Shown here one piece after another: positions 17,765 through 26,867 of a DNA stretch of 64,000 bases. The stretch is from Thermoproteus sp. UBA157. Lineage in GTDB: Archaea > Thermoproteota > Thermoprotei > Thermoproteales > Thermoproteaceae. The notes beneath the pieces were generated by a model that had not been told where the DNA came from, did no database searches, and saw only the letters and a list, made by a program, of their open reading frames with translations. A program made the position numbers and the translations under genes. Location: assembly GCA_002497345.1 (NCBI GenBank), contig DANS01000018.1, positions 92,247 through 156,246 of the forward strand, read 5' to 3'. How positions within the stretch are numbered: position 1 is the first letter of the stretch; the number at the start of each line of letters is the position of its first letter.

Positions 17765-19426
17765 ATGTGTGGGATCTTGGGGCTTTACTCCTTCGGCGAA
17801 GAGGTACCGGTGGAGGCGGTCATAAGGGGGCTAGAGGCGATGAGGGAGCGGGGGACTCCCCACGGAGCCGGCCTGGCGCTATATAGGCCGTCAAATAGGC
17901 CGAGGATAAAGGCCTTTTCTCGCGAACCTGTGGGCAATAAATATATAAAGTTACATAGCGATTTATATGATATAGAACTCGAAGAACCAGTAGATATAAA
18001 TGGTTATATATATCTAAATAGTAGATGGATCGATGTATATAAAATAGTAGGCTGGCCTGCCGACATAATCAAGACGTACGGCATCAACGGATTGTCCAGC
18101 AAAGTCTGGATAGGACATACGCGGTACCCCACAAACAGCCCAGGAAGGTTGCCCTACTACTCGCACCCGTTCACGGCGGGCGACGTAGCGATAGTCCACA
18201 ACGGCGATTTGAGCAGCTATGGGGCCAACGTCAACTTCATAAAATACAGAGCCCGCGTGAAGTTTACGGGCAACGACAGCGAGGCCATAGCCTATCTCCT
18301 CTTGTCGCTCGTGGGCGAACTAGGCGTCGAGGAGGCGGTGAACGAGCTCATGTACGGACGACGATACCGGTGGGCGCGCCTTGATGGGCCGTATGCAGTC
18401 GCCTTCATAATAGGAGGTCCTAGGCCTGTGTTCGGCGCCTTCGTCGATCCGCAACACTTCCGCCCGCTATATGTGGGCATGACGGACTCCTTGCTCGTAG
18501 TCGCCTCGGAGGCGGCCGCTATAAAGGCTGTGGAGCCTAATGCCGTGGTGTGGGCCATGCGAGGCGGCGAGTATATCATAGCCGAGGGGGACGAGATACG
18601 CGGCAATTACAGGAGGAGGTACGTCTATCCAGACCTTCCCCAGCCGCCTCAAGGCGCAATAGACGCCAGCCGATACGACGCGGTGTCGTTGGCGCCGGTT
18701 GTTAGGACCGAGCTGGCAAAACGCGGCGAGGTCGAGGTAGTGAACGTCAACGGGCATAGGTATCTCGGCAACGGCATATCTTCTGGAGTTCTCAAGGTCT
18801 GGGGCATCGTGGGGAACGCCTCGGCCAACGTGATGTCCGGCGGGACCTTCCTAGTATACGGCGATGTGCAGGACGACTTCGGCGACGCCATGAACGGAGG
18901 CCTAGCGGCTATTTACGGCAACGCGGGCGACGCGTTGGGCCAAGCCAAGAGAGGCGGCGAGATCTACGTCTACGGAGACGTCGGCACTAGGGCCGCCATA
19001 CAACACAGAGGCGGCGTCATGGTAGTGGGAGGCTCGGCGGGTAAATACCTAGGCGAATACATGGGCGGCGGCATCGTCGTGGTGCTCCGTGCCACAAACG
19101 ACGAGGAAGTCGGCGATATGATAGCCAGAGGGATGGTCGGAGGCGAGATATACATAAGGGGCGAGGTCCCCAGGGAGTACATAAGCCACGTGAACAGAAG
19201 AGCTCTGGAGAGGTACGCCAAGTCGCTCCTCATGGACGGGCTCATCGACGGAGAGAAATACGCGAGGCTCCTCGAGGAAGACAGTCAGTTGATCGTGGAG
19301 CAGAGGGAACTAACAGAGGAGGAAATACTTAAGTTAAATCAATATATAAATAAATTCAATAAATTATTCAATTTAAATATCAATATAGAAAGGGATATTT
19401 TCACAATAATAAGGCCTAAAGCTTGA
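17765..19426 (+). CDS. Glutamate synthase subunit: amidotransferase (GltB1) fused to GXGXG beta-helix (GltB3)
   Basis: MCGI N-terminal nucleophile, GHTRYPTNS, HPF, VHNGD and NDSE motifs; C-terminal GEYMGGG / GMVGG repeats. Confidence 0.9.
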   Translation: MCGILGLYSFGEEVPVEAVIRGLEAMRERGTPHGAGLALYRPSNRPRIKAFSREPVGNKYIKLHSDLYDIELEEPVDINGYIYLNSRWIDVYKIVGWPADIIKTYGINGLSSKVWIGHTRYPTNSPGRLPYYSHPFTAGDVAIVHNGDLSSYGANVNFIKYRARVKFTGNDSEAIAYLLLSLVGELGVEEAVNELMYGRRYRWARLDGPYAVAFIIGGPRPVFGAFVDPQHFRPLYVGMTDSLLVVASEAAAIKAVEPNAVVWAMRGGEYIIAEGDEIRGNYRRRYVYPDLPQPPQGAIDASRYDAVSLAPVVRTELAKRGEVEVVNVNGHRYLGNGISSGVLKVWGIVGNASANVMSGGTFLVYGDVQDDFGDAMNGGLAAIYGNAGDALGQAKRGGEIYVYGDVGTRAAIQHRGGVMVVGGSAGKYLGEYMGGGIVVVLRATNDEEVGDMIARGMVGGEIYIRGEVPREYISHVNRRALERYAKSLLMDGLIDGEKYARLLEEDSQLIVEQRELTEEEILKLNQYINKFNKLFNLNINIERDIFTIIRPKA

Positions 19427-20864
19427 ACCTCACCGAGGCCCTATCAATCGCCTCAAATATAGTCGGGTGGGCATGGGCGAGCAGCGCCAAGTCCTTCACT
19501 TTGGCGTTCACGGCCACGGCCAACGCTATTTCGTTGATCACCAGCGAGGCCGCCTCGCCGACTATTTCGCCTCCGATTATCCTTTGGCTCTCCCTCTCGA
19601 TTATTAGCTTGACGTATCCCTCCCTCGCTCTGTGTATCTGGGCGTAGGCGTCGTCCTCAAGAGGATACCTCACAGTAACATACGGGATGCCCTTGGCCTT
19701 AGCCCCTTCCTCGTTTATGCCGACCATGGCAGCCTCGGGCTCGCCGAACAATGTCACCGGTATTGTGTTGAAGTTGACCTCGTAGATGGGATGCCCGTGG
19801 AGTATGTTCCAAGCGGCTACCGTGGATTCCTTGACCGCTGCGTGGAACAACATATATTGGCCAATGACGTCGCCGGCGGCATAGACGTTGGGCTTTCTAG
19901 TCCTCATCGTAGAATCGGTGACGACTCTTCCCCTCTCGACTATGCCGAGCACGTCTAGGCCCTCGACGAGGGGCTTCCTGCCGACTGCCATTATGACCTC
20001 CTCGCCCTTGACGTATCCCCTCTTGTCCTGCGATTCGTATTCGACCACCTTCTCGTCTCCATCCCTCCTTATCGCGACCACCTTGGAGCTAGTCAGAACC
20101 TTGACGCCAAGCTTCTTCAAGCTTTCCATTATGTGGAGCACCACTTCCTCGCTCCACCCGCTGAGGATGCGGGGCAGCATCTCCACGATAGTGACGTCGA
20201 CGCCCATGCGCGCCAGCATGAAGGCCACCTCGACGCCTATATAGCCGCCTCCTACTATCACGACCGATTTCGGCAATTTTCTGTACTTGGTCTTATAGCC
20301 GAAGAGCTCCGTGCTACCGATGGCCAACTCGGCGCCGGGTATCGGCAGCTTTATCGGGACCGATCCCGTGGCGATGTGTAGCCATTTGGTCTCCACCTCC
20401 TTGCGCCATCCATCGCCCTCGATCCTCACCCTATGTTCGTCGATTACGTTGGCCACGCCCTTGACGAGCTCCAGGGTGGGGTGCTCCTTGACCTCCCTTA
20501 TGTGTTGGTAGTAGCGCAGTTCTTGTACCCAGTCCTTGTGGTCGATCAAGTTCTCCCAAGCGAGCTTTACCTTCTCTACGTCGTTGTTGCCCACCGAGGT
20601 TAATATATCCTTAAGGACGTGGAGCAGATGAATGCCTGTTCTGACGGCCTTGCTCGGTATGCAGCCCTCGTAGAGGCACGAGCCGCCCAAGTTTCCCTTA
20701 TCGTCCACCATCAATACGTTGAGGCCTCCCTTGGCAAGCTCAAAAGCTCCGTGATATCCTCCGCCGCCAGCGCCTATGATGACCACGTCGTATCTGTCGC
20801 GCAGCGGCTTCTTCAAGAAGTCTGGATCTGTGGGCGGAAGCACCGGGTACTTCCCGAGCTCCAT
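19416..20864 (-). CDS. Dihydrolipoamide dehydrogenase-like pyridine nucleotide-disulfide oxidoreductase
   Basis: GAGGGG, redox motif GGSCLYEGCIPSK, GGGYIGVE and HAHPTIFE. Confidence 0.9.
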   Translation of the reverse strand: MELGKYPVLPPTDPDFLKKPLRDRYDVVIIGAGGGGYHGAFELAKGGLNVLMVDDKGNLGGSCLYEGCIPSKAVRTGIHLLHVLKDILTSVGNNDVEKVKLAWENLIDHKDWVQELRYYQHIREVKEHPTLELVKGVANVIDEHRVRIEGDGWRKEVETKWLHIATGSVPIKLPIPGAELAIGSTELFGYKTKYRKLPKSVVIVGGGYIGVEVAFMLARMGVDVTIVEMLPRILSGWSEEVVLHIMESLKKLGVKVLTSSKVVAIRRDGDEKVVEYESQDKRGYVKGEEVIMAVGRKPLVEGLDVLGIVERGRVVTDSTMRTRKPNVYAAGDVIGQYMLFHAAVKESTVAAWNILHGHPIYEVNFNTIPVTLFGEPEAAMVGINEEGAKAKGIPYVTVRYPLEDDAYAQIHRAREGYVKLIIERESQRIIGGEIVGEAASLVINEIALAVAVNAKVKDLALLAHAHPTIFEAIDRASVRFKL

Positions 20865-20984
20865 TACTCATTATAATATTACATTATAAAAATTTAGATG
20901 GCGTGACGGAAAAGGATCTCGGCTGATTGGGATATAGCCGCTTGTCCGATACAAGGCTTATATACTACATGAAATTTCTATATA

Positions 20985-23039
20985 GTGCGCCAACTGAATA
21001 TATATCTCCGTCCAGCAGTACATAGAGTACCGGAGTTCTGGAGCCACGACAGAATAGATTACGTACGTCGCTCCGCTCTGGAAGGCCTCCCCCCATATGC
21101 CTTGGAGGAAAACCCAAGCAAGATAGGACGACTTCTCGACAGGCTGGCCTTCAAGGATCTGCGCCCCCGCGAGGTGAACGAGCTCCTGAAGCGCGCCGAG
21201 AGTTTAGACGTAGATGTAGGCATAGACTTCTTTGGCACGAGGCTCACGGCTCCTATATACCTTGGAGATATGTCGTTCGGTGCGCTCAGCGGGAACCCTA
21301 ATATAGCGATAGCCAAGGCCGCCACCGAGGAGGGAGTGGTGGCCGGCATAGGCGAGGGGGGACTCCACCCCGAGGTGGCCAAGTATAAGAACATAGTAGT
21401 GCAGTGGGCCTCCGCGCGCTTCGGCATGGACATGGCTTTGCTCAAAGCGGGCTTGGCCGTCAATATAAAAATAGGCCAAGGCGCTAAGCCGGGCATAGGG
21501 GGCCATCTCCCGGGGAAGAAGGTGACCAAGATAATCGCTGAGCTCAGGAAGATCCCCGAGGGCAGCGAAGCGCTATCGCCGGCGCCGCATCACGACATAT
21601 ACTCCATAGAGGATTTGGCCCAGCGGGTGAAGGCCTTGAGGGATCTCACCGGCAAACCCGTCCTCGTGAAGGTGGCCGCCGTAAACAAAATAATGTACGT
21701 GGCGGTGGGCGTGGCCAGATCCACCGCAGAGGGCATAATAATAGACGGCGCCGGCGCCGGGACGGGCGCCACCCCGGTGTCCGTGCGCAACCACTTGGGC
21801 ATACCCATAGATTACGCCATACCCGTAGTGGATAAATGGCTGAGGGAGAACGGAGTCAGGGAAAACTTTCTAGTGATCGGCGGAGGCATGCTATACAGTG
21901 CTTCCGATTTGGCGAAGTTGATAGCGCTAGGCGCTGACATGGCCAACATAGGCACAGCCGCCTTGTTGTCCTTCGGGTGCATAATGTGCCATTCGTGCCA
22001 CACGGGAGGATGCCCGACCTCTCTAACCAATATGATCGGCGCAAGGCCCGATCTAGATATCAAGTGGGCCTCCGCCATGTTGAGGAGGTATCTGCGCGCG
22101 CTGAGGCTCGGCCTGAAGGCCATTCTCTACGCGCTCGGCATGGATAACCTCAAGGAGCTGGCGGGCCGGAGGGATCTCTTAGGGCTCTACTACGCCGATG
22201 AGAGCGTGGCCGCCACCATAGGGGTGGACCTCCTGGCGAAGGGGGAGATAGCGTTTTACCAAGATTATGTGCCGATATTGCCTCGGGAGTTATACGAGGA
22301 GGGGAAGGTCCCCATAACAGGCATGGGCGGCGTGGTGCCCGGCTACACCTATCCTGCCAGAAGGCCGCTCGATTTGTTGAGAATAGAAGCTGCGCAAGTG
22401 ACCCACCCGTCGGTGGATCCATACAGAGAAGAGGTCGACGTGAGGGTCTATGTGAACGGCTTCGAGTACGACACGCCCGTGGTGGTGCCCGGCTTGGAGC
22501 GCGCGGCGGTGATGGCCGGGTACGCGCTCGGGGCGCTCGTCGACGGCGACGGTTGCCCGGAGCCCCAATACTGCCTATCCTCTATGCCTCACATCAGGCT
22601 GCCGCCTCTGAAATATATCGAGCCGAGGGAGGGCGTAGTTGTAATAGACGAAAGGCTCGGAGGCGATGTCTGGCTGGAGGAGGCCGTGGCCTTGCTGGAC
22701 GAGAGGGCTAGGCAGGCCGGAATAAGGGAGAAAATGACAATCATAGCCGCGGGCCGCCTCTTCAGCGGAGCCGACGTTTACAAGCTGGCCGCTCTGGGCG
22801 CCGATCTCGTGGAGCCGCGGGAGGCGTTCGAGCTTCTGTCGAGCAAACAAGCGCCCAGCTACGCCGTTAAGAGGCGCTGGTACGAGAACCTCATATCGGG
22901 CCTCACCAAGGAGCTCAAGTTAGCCATGGGCGCTGGAGGAATTACGAATTACTTCCACATGATAGGAAATAGGGATCTACTTAGATCTCTAGATGGGAGA
23001 ATCGCAGAGAAACTCAATGTGGCGTTGGCTGGAAACTAG
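20985..23039 (+). CDS. Glutamate synthase FMN/Fe-S subunit (GltB2) with a second, degenerate FMN-barrel copy
   Basis: MSFGALS, GEGG, IKIGQGAKPGIGGHLPG, SPAPHHDIYSIEDL and CIMCHSCHTGGCP motifs. The C-terminal third repeats barrel motifs (AAGRLFSGADVYKLAALGAD). Confidence 0.92.
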   Translation: MRQLNIYLRPAVHRVPEFWSHDRIDYVRRSALEGLPPYALEENPSKIGRLLDRLAFKDLRPREVNELLKRAESLDVDVGIDFFGTRLTAPIYLGDMSFGALSGNPNIAIAKAATEEGVVAGIGEGGLHPEVAKYKNIVVQWASARFGMDMALLKAGLAVNIKIGQGAKPGIGGHLPGKKVTKIIAELRKIPEGSEALSPAPHHDIYSIEDLAQRVKALRDLTGKPVLVKVAAVNKIMYVAVGVARSTAEGIIIDGAGAGTGATPVSVRNHLGIPIDYAIPVVDKWLRENGVRENFLVIGGGMLYSASDLAKLIALGADMANIGTAALLSFGCIMCHSCHTGGCPTSLTNMIGARPDLDIKWASAMLRRYLRALRLGLKAILYALGMDNLKELAGRRDLLGLYYADESVAATIGVDLLAKGEIAFYQDYVPILPRELYEEGKVPITGMGGVVPGYTYPARRPLDLLRIEAAQVTHPSVDPYREEVDVRVYVNGFEYDTPVVVPGLERAAVMAGYALGALVDGDGCPEPQYCLSSMPHIRLPPLKYIEPREGVVVIDERLGGDVWLEEAVALLDERARQAGIREKMTIIAAGRLFSGADVYKLAALGADLVEPREAFELLSSKQAPSYAVKRRWYENLISGLTKELKLAMGAGGITNYFHMIGNRDLLRSLDGRIAEKLNVALAGN

Positions 23040-23166
23040 CCTTACGCGGGCTTATTGGTAAAATTTTCCCTAATTCCCCGGGACTCAGTATAATAAAAAC
23101 TATATAGCCTACGAAATGGATGGATACCTACGAGAAAACTTTATATACATCCCGAGTGTGGGGGGT

Positions 23167-24468
23167 ATGCCGGACGGGTTAAGCGCCTGGAGAATGCTTA
23201 AAGGCGCCGGCGTGAAGTACGTTAAGTTCGTCATAGTAGACATATATGGTAGGCCCAAGTTGGAGATACTCCCCATAGACGCGGCCCGCGACGCGTTCAT
23301 AGATGGCATCGCGTACGATGGATCCTCGATACCGGCCTATACAACCGTCAACAAAAGCGATTTTGTGGCGGAGGTAGATACTAATGCAATATACATAGAA
23401 ACTTGGAATGATGGAAAGAGCGCACTCGCCTTCACCAGTACTCTGGACGGAGATAAGCCGCACCCGATGGACCCGCGCAACGCGCTGAAGCAGACCGTCG
23501 AGTATGCAAGATCTAAAGGCTACGACGTCAAGATGGGGGCCGAGGTCGAGTTCTTCATAGTCAGAGGCAACCCGCCATCGCTTGTGGACAACGGAGTCTA
23601 CTTCGAGGGATACCCGCTTAAGGAGACTTCACCCGTCGTGGAGGAGATAGTCGAACACTTCTACCTATCGGGCATAGGCTTCACCAAGACGCACCACGAG
23701 GTGGCGCCGAGCCAGTTCGAAGTCAATATACCCGCGGGAGATCCCATCCAGGCGGCGGATCAGATCGTCGTGTTTAAGATATTGGCCAAATCGGTGGCGC
23801 AGAAACACGGTCTCACGGCCACGTTCATGCCGAAGCCCTTCTGGGGCATGAACGGCTCGGGGATGCACATACACGTGAGCTTCTGGCGCGACGGCGTAAA
23901 CCTCTTCTCGTCATATAAGGAGCCGACGCCGGAGCTCAAATCGGCAATAGCCGGCGTGTTGGAGAACGCGCTCGCAAACAGCGTGTTCGTAGCGCCTACC
24001 GTCAACAGCTACAAACGCTTGGTGCCACACTACGAGGCGCCCACGCGCGTCGTCTGGGGCCTAGGCAACCGCTCCGCCATGGTCAGAGTGCCGTATTACG
24101 GCAAGAAGATAAACAGATTCGAGTACCGCCACCCGGACCCCTCCGCCAATCCGTATTTGGGCTTCTCGGCGATAATATTGGCGGCGCTTGACGGCATGGA
24201 GAGGAAGCTGGAGCCGCCGAGCCCCGTGGAGGTGGTGGCCTACGAGCTCGAGGGCGTTAAGGAGACGCCTAGGCATCTCGGCGAAGCCGTCAAGTTAGCA
24301 TCCGGGGGAGTCGCCGCTAGGGCTCTGCCGCAACAGCTGGTCAAGGCGTATTTGGAGCTCAAGGAGAAGGAGTGGGCCGACTACTTGGCCGGCGTCGGCG
24401 AAGGCTGGGAGAAGACTTGGAACGTGATAACGCGTTGGGAATACGACAAGTACCTCGACGTAGCCTAA
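23167..24468 (+). CDS. glnA: Glutamine synthetase type I
   Basis: YDGSSI, GAEVEFF, HHEVAPSQFE, FMPKPFWGMNGSGMH, NSYKRLVP and EYRHPDPSANPY motifs. ATG at 23167 follows GGGGGT. Confidence 0.95.
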   Translation: MPDGLSAWRMLKGAGVKYVKFVIVDIYGRPKLEILPIDAARDAFIDGIAYDGSSIPAYTTVNKSDFVAEVDTNAIYIETWNDGKSALAFTSTLDGDKPHPMDPRNALKQTVEYARSKGYDVKMGAEVEFFIVRGNPPSLVDNGVYFEGYPLKETSPVVEEIVEHFYLSGIGFTKTHHEVAPSQFEVNIPAGDPIQAADQIVVFKILAKSVAQKHGLTATFMPKPFWGMNGSGMHIHVSFWRDGVNLFSSYKEPTPELKSAIAGVLENALANSVFVAPTVNSYKRLVPHYEAPTRVVWGLGNRSAMVRVPYYGKKINRFEYRHPDPSANPYLGFSAIILAALDGMERKLEPPSPVEVVAYELEGVKETPRHLGEAVKLASGGVAARALPQQLVKAYLELKEKEWADYLAGVGEGWEKTWNVITRWEYDKYLDVA

Positions 24469-25166
24469 TGTGCCGAATCCTCCTATTTTTCGGAAACCCC
24501 TCCCCAACTCTTTTGAAGTCCTTCATCGAGATATCTAGGAAGGACAGAACGCTCGGCCTTTCGCACGGATCGGGCTGGGGCGTGTTATATGCCCGAAAGG
24601 ACGAATACGGACTATACAAATCCACGCGGCCTATATGGGAATCATATATAGATCCTCCTATTGGCTATGAACTATATTTACTACACTCGCGCCTCGCATC
24701 TGTAGGAGGCGTGTCGCTCGCCAACACGCACCCCATAGTCTACGGCGATTTCGCCATCGCCCACAACGGGACTTTCCGAAAGGAGGAGTTGGCTGAGGAG
24801 CTCAAGAGGAGGGGGCTCGACGTCAAGACCGGCGGGACCACCGACAGCGAGTTGTTCTTGAAGGCTTTCGTGGATCTCGGAGGAGATGTAAATGCCCTAG
24901 TCGATTTGTCCAAGATAGCGATCCGCTATATAGATATCGAGGAGCCCGTCATGAACATAGCAATAGCGGATTTAAAAAACGCTGAGGCCTATTTCGTGAC
25001 GTATAGGCTCGTGGAGGAGCCGCATTACGTCCCCGTCTACCGCGTAGGCGAGATGACGGTCGTATCGTCGGAGCCCCTCGACGACGCGTCGTGGACGCCC
25101 TTGCCTAACGGATCCATTTCGAGAGTCTCAAGCGGCGTTGTGAGCGTCATGAAATTTATTACGTAG
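24468..25166 (+). CDS. Class II glutamine amidotransferase (YafJ/EgtC-like)
   Basis: MCRI start overlapping the glnA stop (TAATG); HGSGWG, HSRLAS, NTHP, AHNG and TDSE motifs. Confidence 0.9.
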   Translation: MCRILLFFGNPSPTLLKSFIEISRKDRTLGLSHGSGWGVLYARKDEYGLYKSTRPIWESYIDPPIGYELYLLHSRLASVGGVSLANTHPIVYGDFAIAHNGTFRKEELAEELKRRGLDVKTGGTTDSELFLKAFVDLGGDVNALVDLSKIAIRYIDIEEPVMNIAIADLKNAEAYFVTYRLVEEPHYVPVYRVGEMTVVSSEPLDDASWTPLPNGSISRVSSGVVSVMKFIT

Positions 25167-25183
25167 AGAACATAGATCGTAAG

Positions 25184-26038
25184 ATGAACGAATACGTGGC
25201 CAAGGCCTTGGCCATAGATTGCGACAGCGTTTCGCGGTACCTCGTCGAGAGGTTGCGCGAATACATAGAGGAGAGCGGGCTCAAGGGCGGCGTGCTGGGT
25301 CTTAGCGGCGGTGTAGACTCGTCGGTCGTGGCGGTCCTTCTAGCCAAGGCCACCGAGAACTTCTTCCTGCTCCTCATGCCGTCGTCGTCTACGCCGCCCA
25401 GAGATATGGAAGACGCCATGAAGATCGTGAAGATGCTCAACGCCGAGGGGAAATACGCCGTGATATACATAGACGATTACGTAAAGGCTTTGGCCGACGC
25501 GGCTAAGGTCGAGGACAAAAAAATCGTGGGCAATATCAAGGCCCGGATCAGGATGACCCTTCTGTATGCCTATGCTCAGAAGCTCGGCTACCTCGTAGTG
25601 GGCACGGGCGATAAGAGCGAATTGATGCTGGGGTACTTCACCAAATACGGCGACGGCGGTGTTGACGTGCTCCCCATAGGCGATCTCTACAAGACGCAAG
25701 TGAGGCAGTTGGGCAAATGCTTGGGCGTCCCCGAGGAGATAGTGTCGAAGCCTCCCTCGCCGGCCCTCTGGGAGGGGCAGACCGCCGAGGGGGAGCTAGG
25801 CGTCGACTACGAGACCATAGATTCCATCCTCTACTTGCGCTACGAGGAGATGAGGACGCGCGAGGAGATCGCGTCCATGTTGGGGATAGACATGTCGGTG
25901 GTGGACAAGATAGACTCCTTGGTCAGAAGAAGCCAACACAAGAGGCTCCCGCCCGAGATATTCAGACTTAGCGGCAGGGCGATCGGGTCCGACTGGAGAT
26001 ACCCAAGGCGGTACTGGAACGTGAGGCCGTGGGCATGA
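25184..26038 (+). CDS. nadE: NAD+ synthetase (synthetase subunit)
   Basis: GLSGGVDS, NIKARIRM, GYFTKYGDG, PIGDLYKT, KPPSPAL and HKR motifs. Confidence 0.95.
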   Translation: MNEYVAKALAIDCDSVSRYLVERLREYIEESGLKGGVLGLSGGVDSSVVAVLLAKATENFFLLLMPSSSTPPRDMEDAMKIVKMLNAEGKYAVIYIDDYVKALADAAKVEDKKIVGNIKARIRMTLLYAYAQKLGYLVVGTGDKSELMLGYFTKYGDGGVDVLPIGDLYKTQVRQLGKCLGVPEEIVSKPPSPALWEGQTAEGELGVDYETIDSILYLRYEEMRTREEIASMLGIDMSVVDKIDSLVRRSQHKRLPPEIFRLSGRAIGSDWRYPRRYWNVRPWA

Positions 26039-26844
26039 AGATAGAGCTGGCCCAAATAAGGCCCATCTTGGGGGACGTGGAGCGCAACTTCCTCAAACAC
26101 AAAGAGATTGTGGAGACCAGCGACAGCGATTGCGTCGTGTTCCCGGAGCTATCGCTGACGGGGTACGTGCTGAAGGATCTCACATTTGAGCTCTTCAGAT
26201 ACAGCGAGATGGCAGTGGAGAGGCTCATCGACGTTGCCGGGAACAAGTGCGTGGTCGCCGGCACGATAAAGGAGGTGAGACCCGGCATCTTGAGGAATTC
26301 GGCGGCCGTCATAGTAGGCGGGAGGATCGACTACGTGTACAAGTTCTACTTACCCACGTACGGCCTATTTGAGGAGAGGCGCTACTTCCAGCGCGGGGAT
26401 CCCGCGAGGGACTTGAAGATCTTCCGGCATGCAGGGGTCAACTTCGGCGTGATGATATGCGAGGACGCCTGGCACCCCGAGCCGGCTGAGGCCTTGGCGT
26501 TGATGGGCGCGGACCTTATACTAGTCCCCGCCGCATCGCCCATGCGTAGGCTGAGCAAATCCCTGGCTATCCAAGACAGCTGGGAGGCCCTCTTGAAGGC
26601 GCACGCCCTCATGAACTCGGTGTGGATGGTCTTCGTCAACACGGTGGGCGCTCAAGAGGAGGAGTTCTTCTGGGGCGGCTCCATGGTCGTGTCGCCGCTG
26701 GGCGAGGTCAAACTGAGGCTTAAGACCTTCGAGGAGGATAGAGCGACATACGACATCGACTTCGAGGAGCTGAGGAGGGCCCGATTCTTCAGCAGCTTTA
26801 GGGACCACATATCCTCGTTCCACAGAGTGTTGGCGAGGCTCTGA
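26035..26844 (+). CDS. Nitrilase-superfamily protein, probable glutaminase subunit of NAD synthetase
   Basis: FPEL, K.YLPTYGLFEERRYF and ICEDAW triad motifs; ATGA overlap with nadE. Confidence 0.88.
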   Translation: MKIELAQIRPILGDVERNFLKHKEIVETSDSDCVVFPELSLTGYVLKDLTFELFRYSEMAVERLIDVAGNKCVVAGTIKEVRPGILRNSAAVIVGGRIDYVYKFYLPTYGLFEERRYFQRGDPARDLKIFRHAGVNFGVMICEDAWHPEPAEALALMGADLILVPAASPMRRLSKSLAIQDSWEALLKAHALMNSVWMVFVNTVGAQEEEFFWGGSMVVSPLGEVKLRLKTFEEDRATYDIDFEELRRARFFSSFRDHISSFHRVLARL

Positions 26845-26867
26845 TTTTTATATAGGCTATATCGAGT

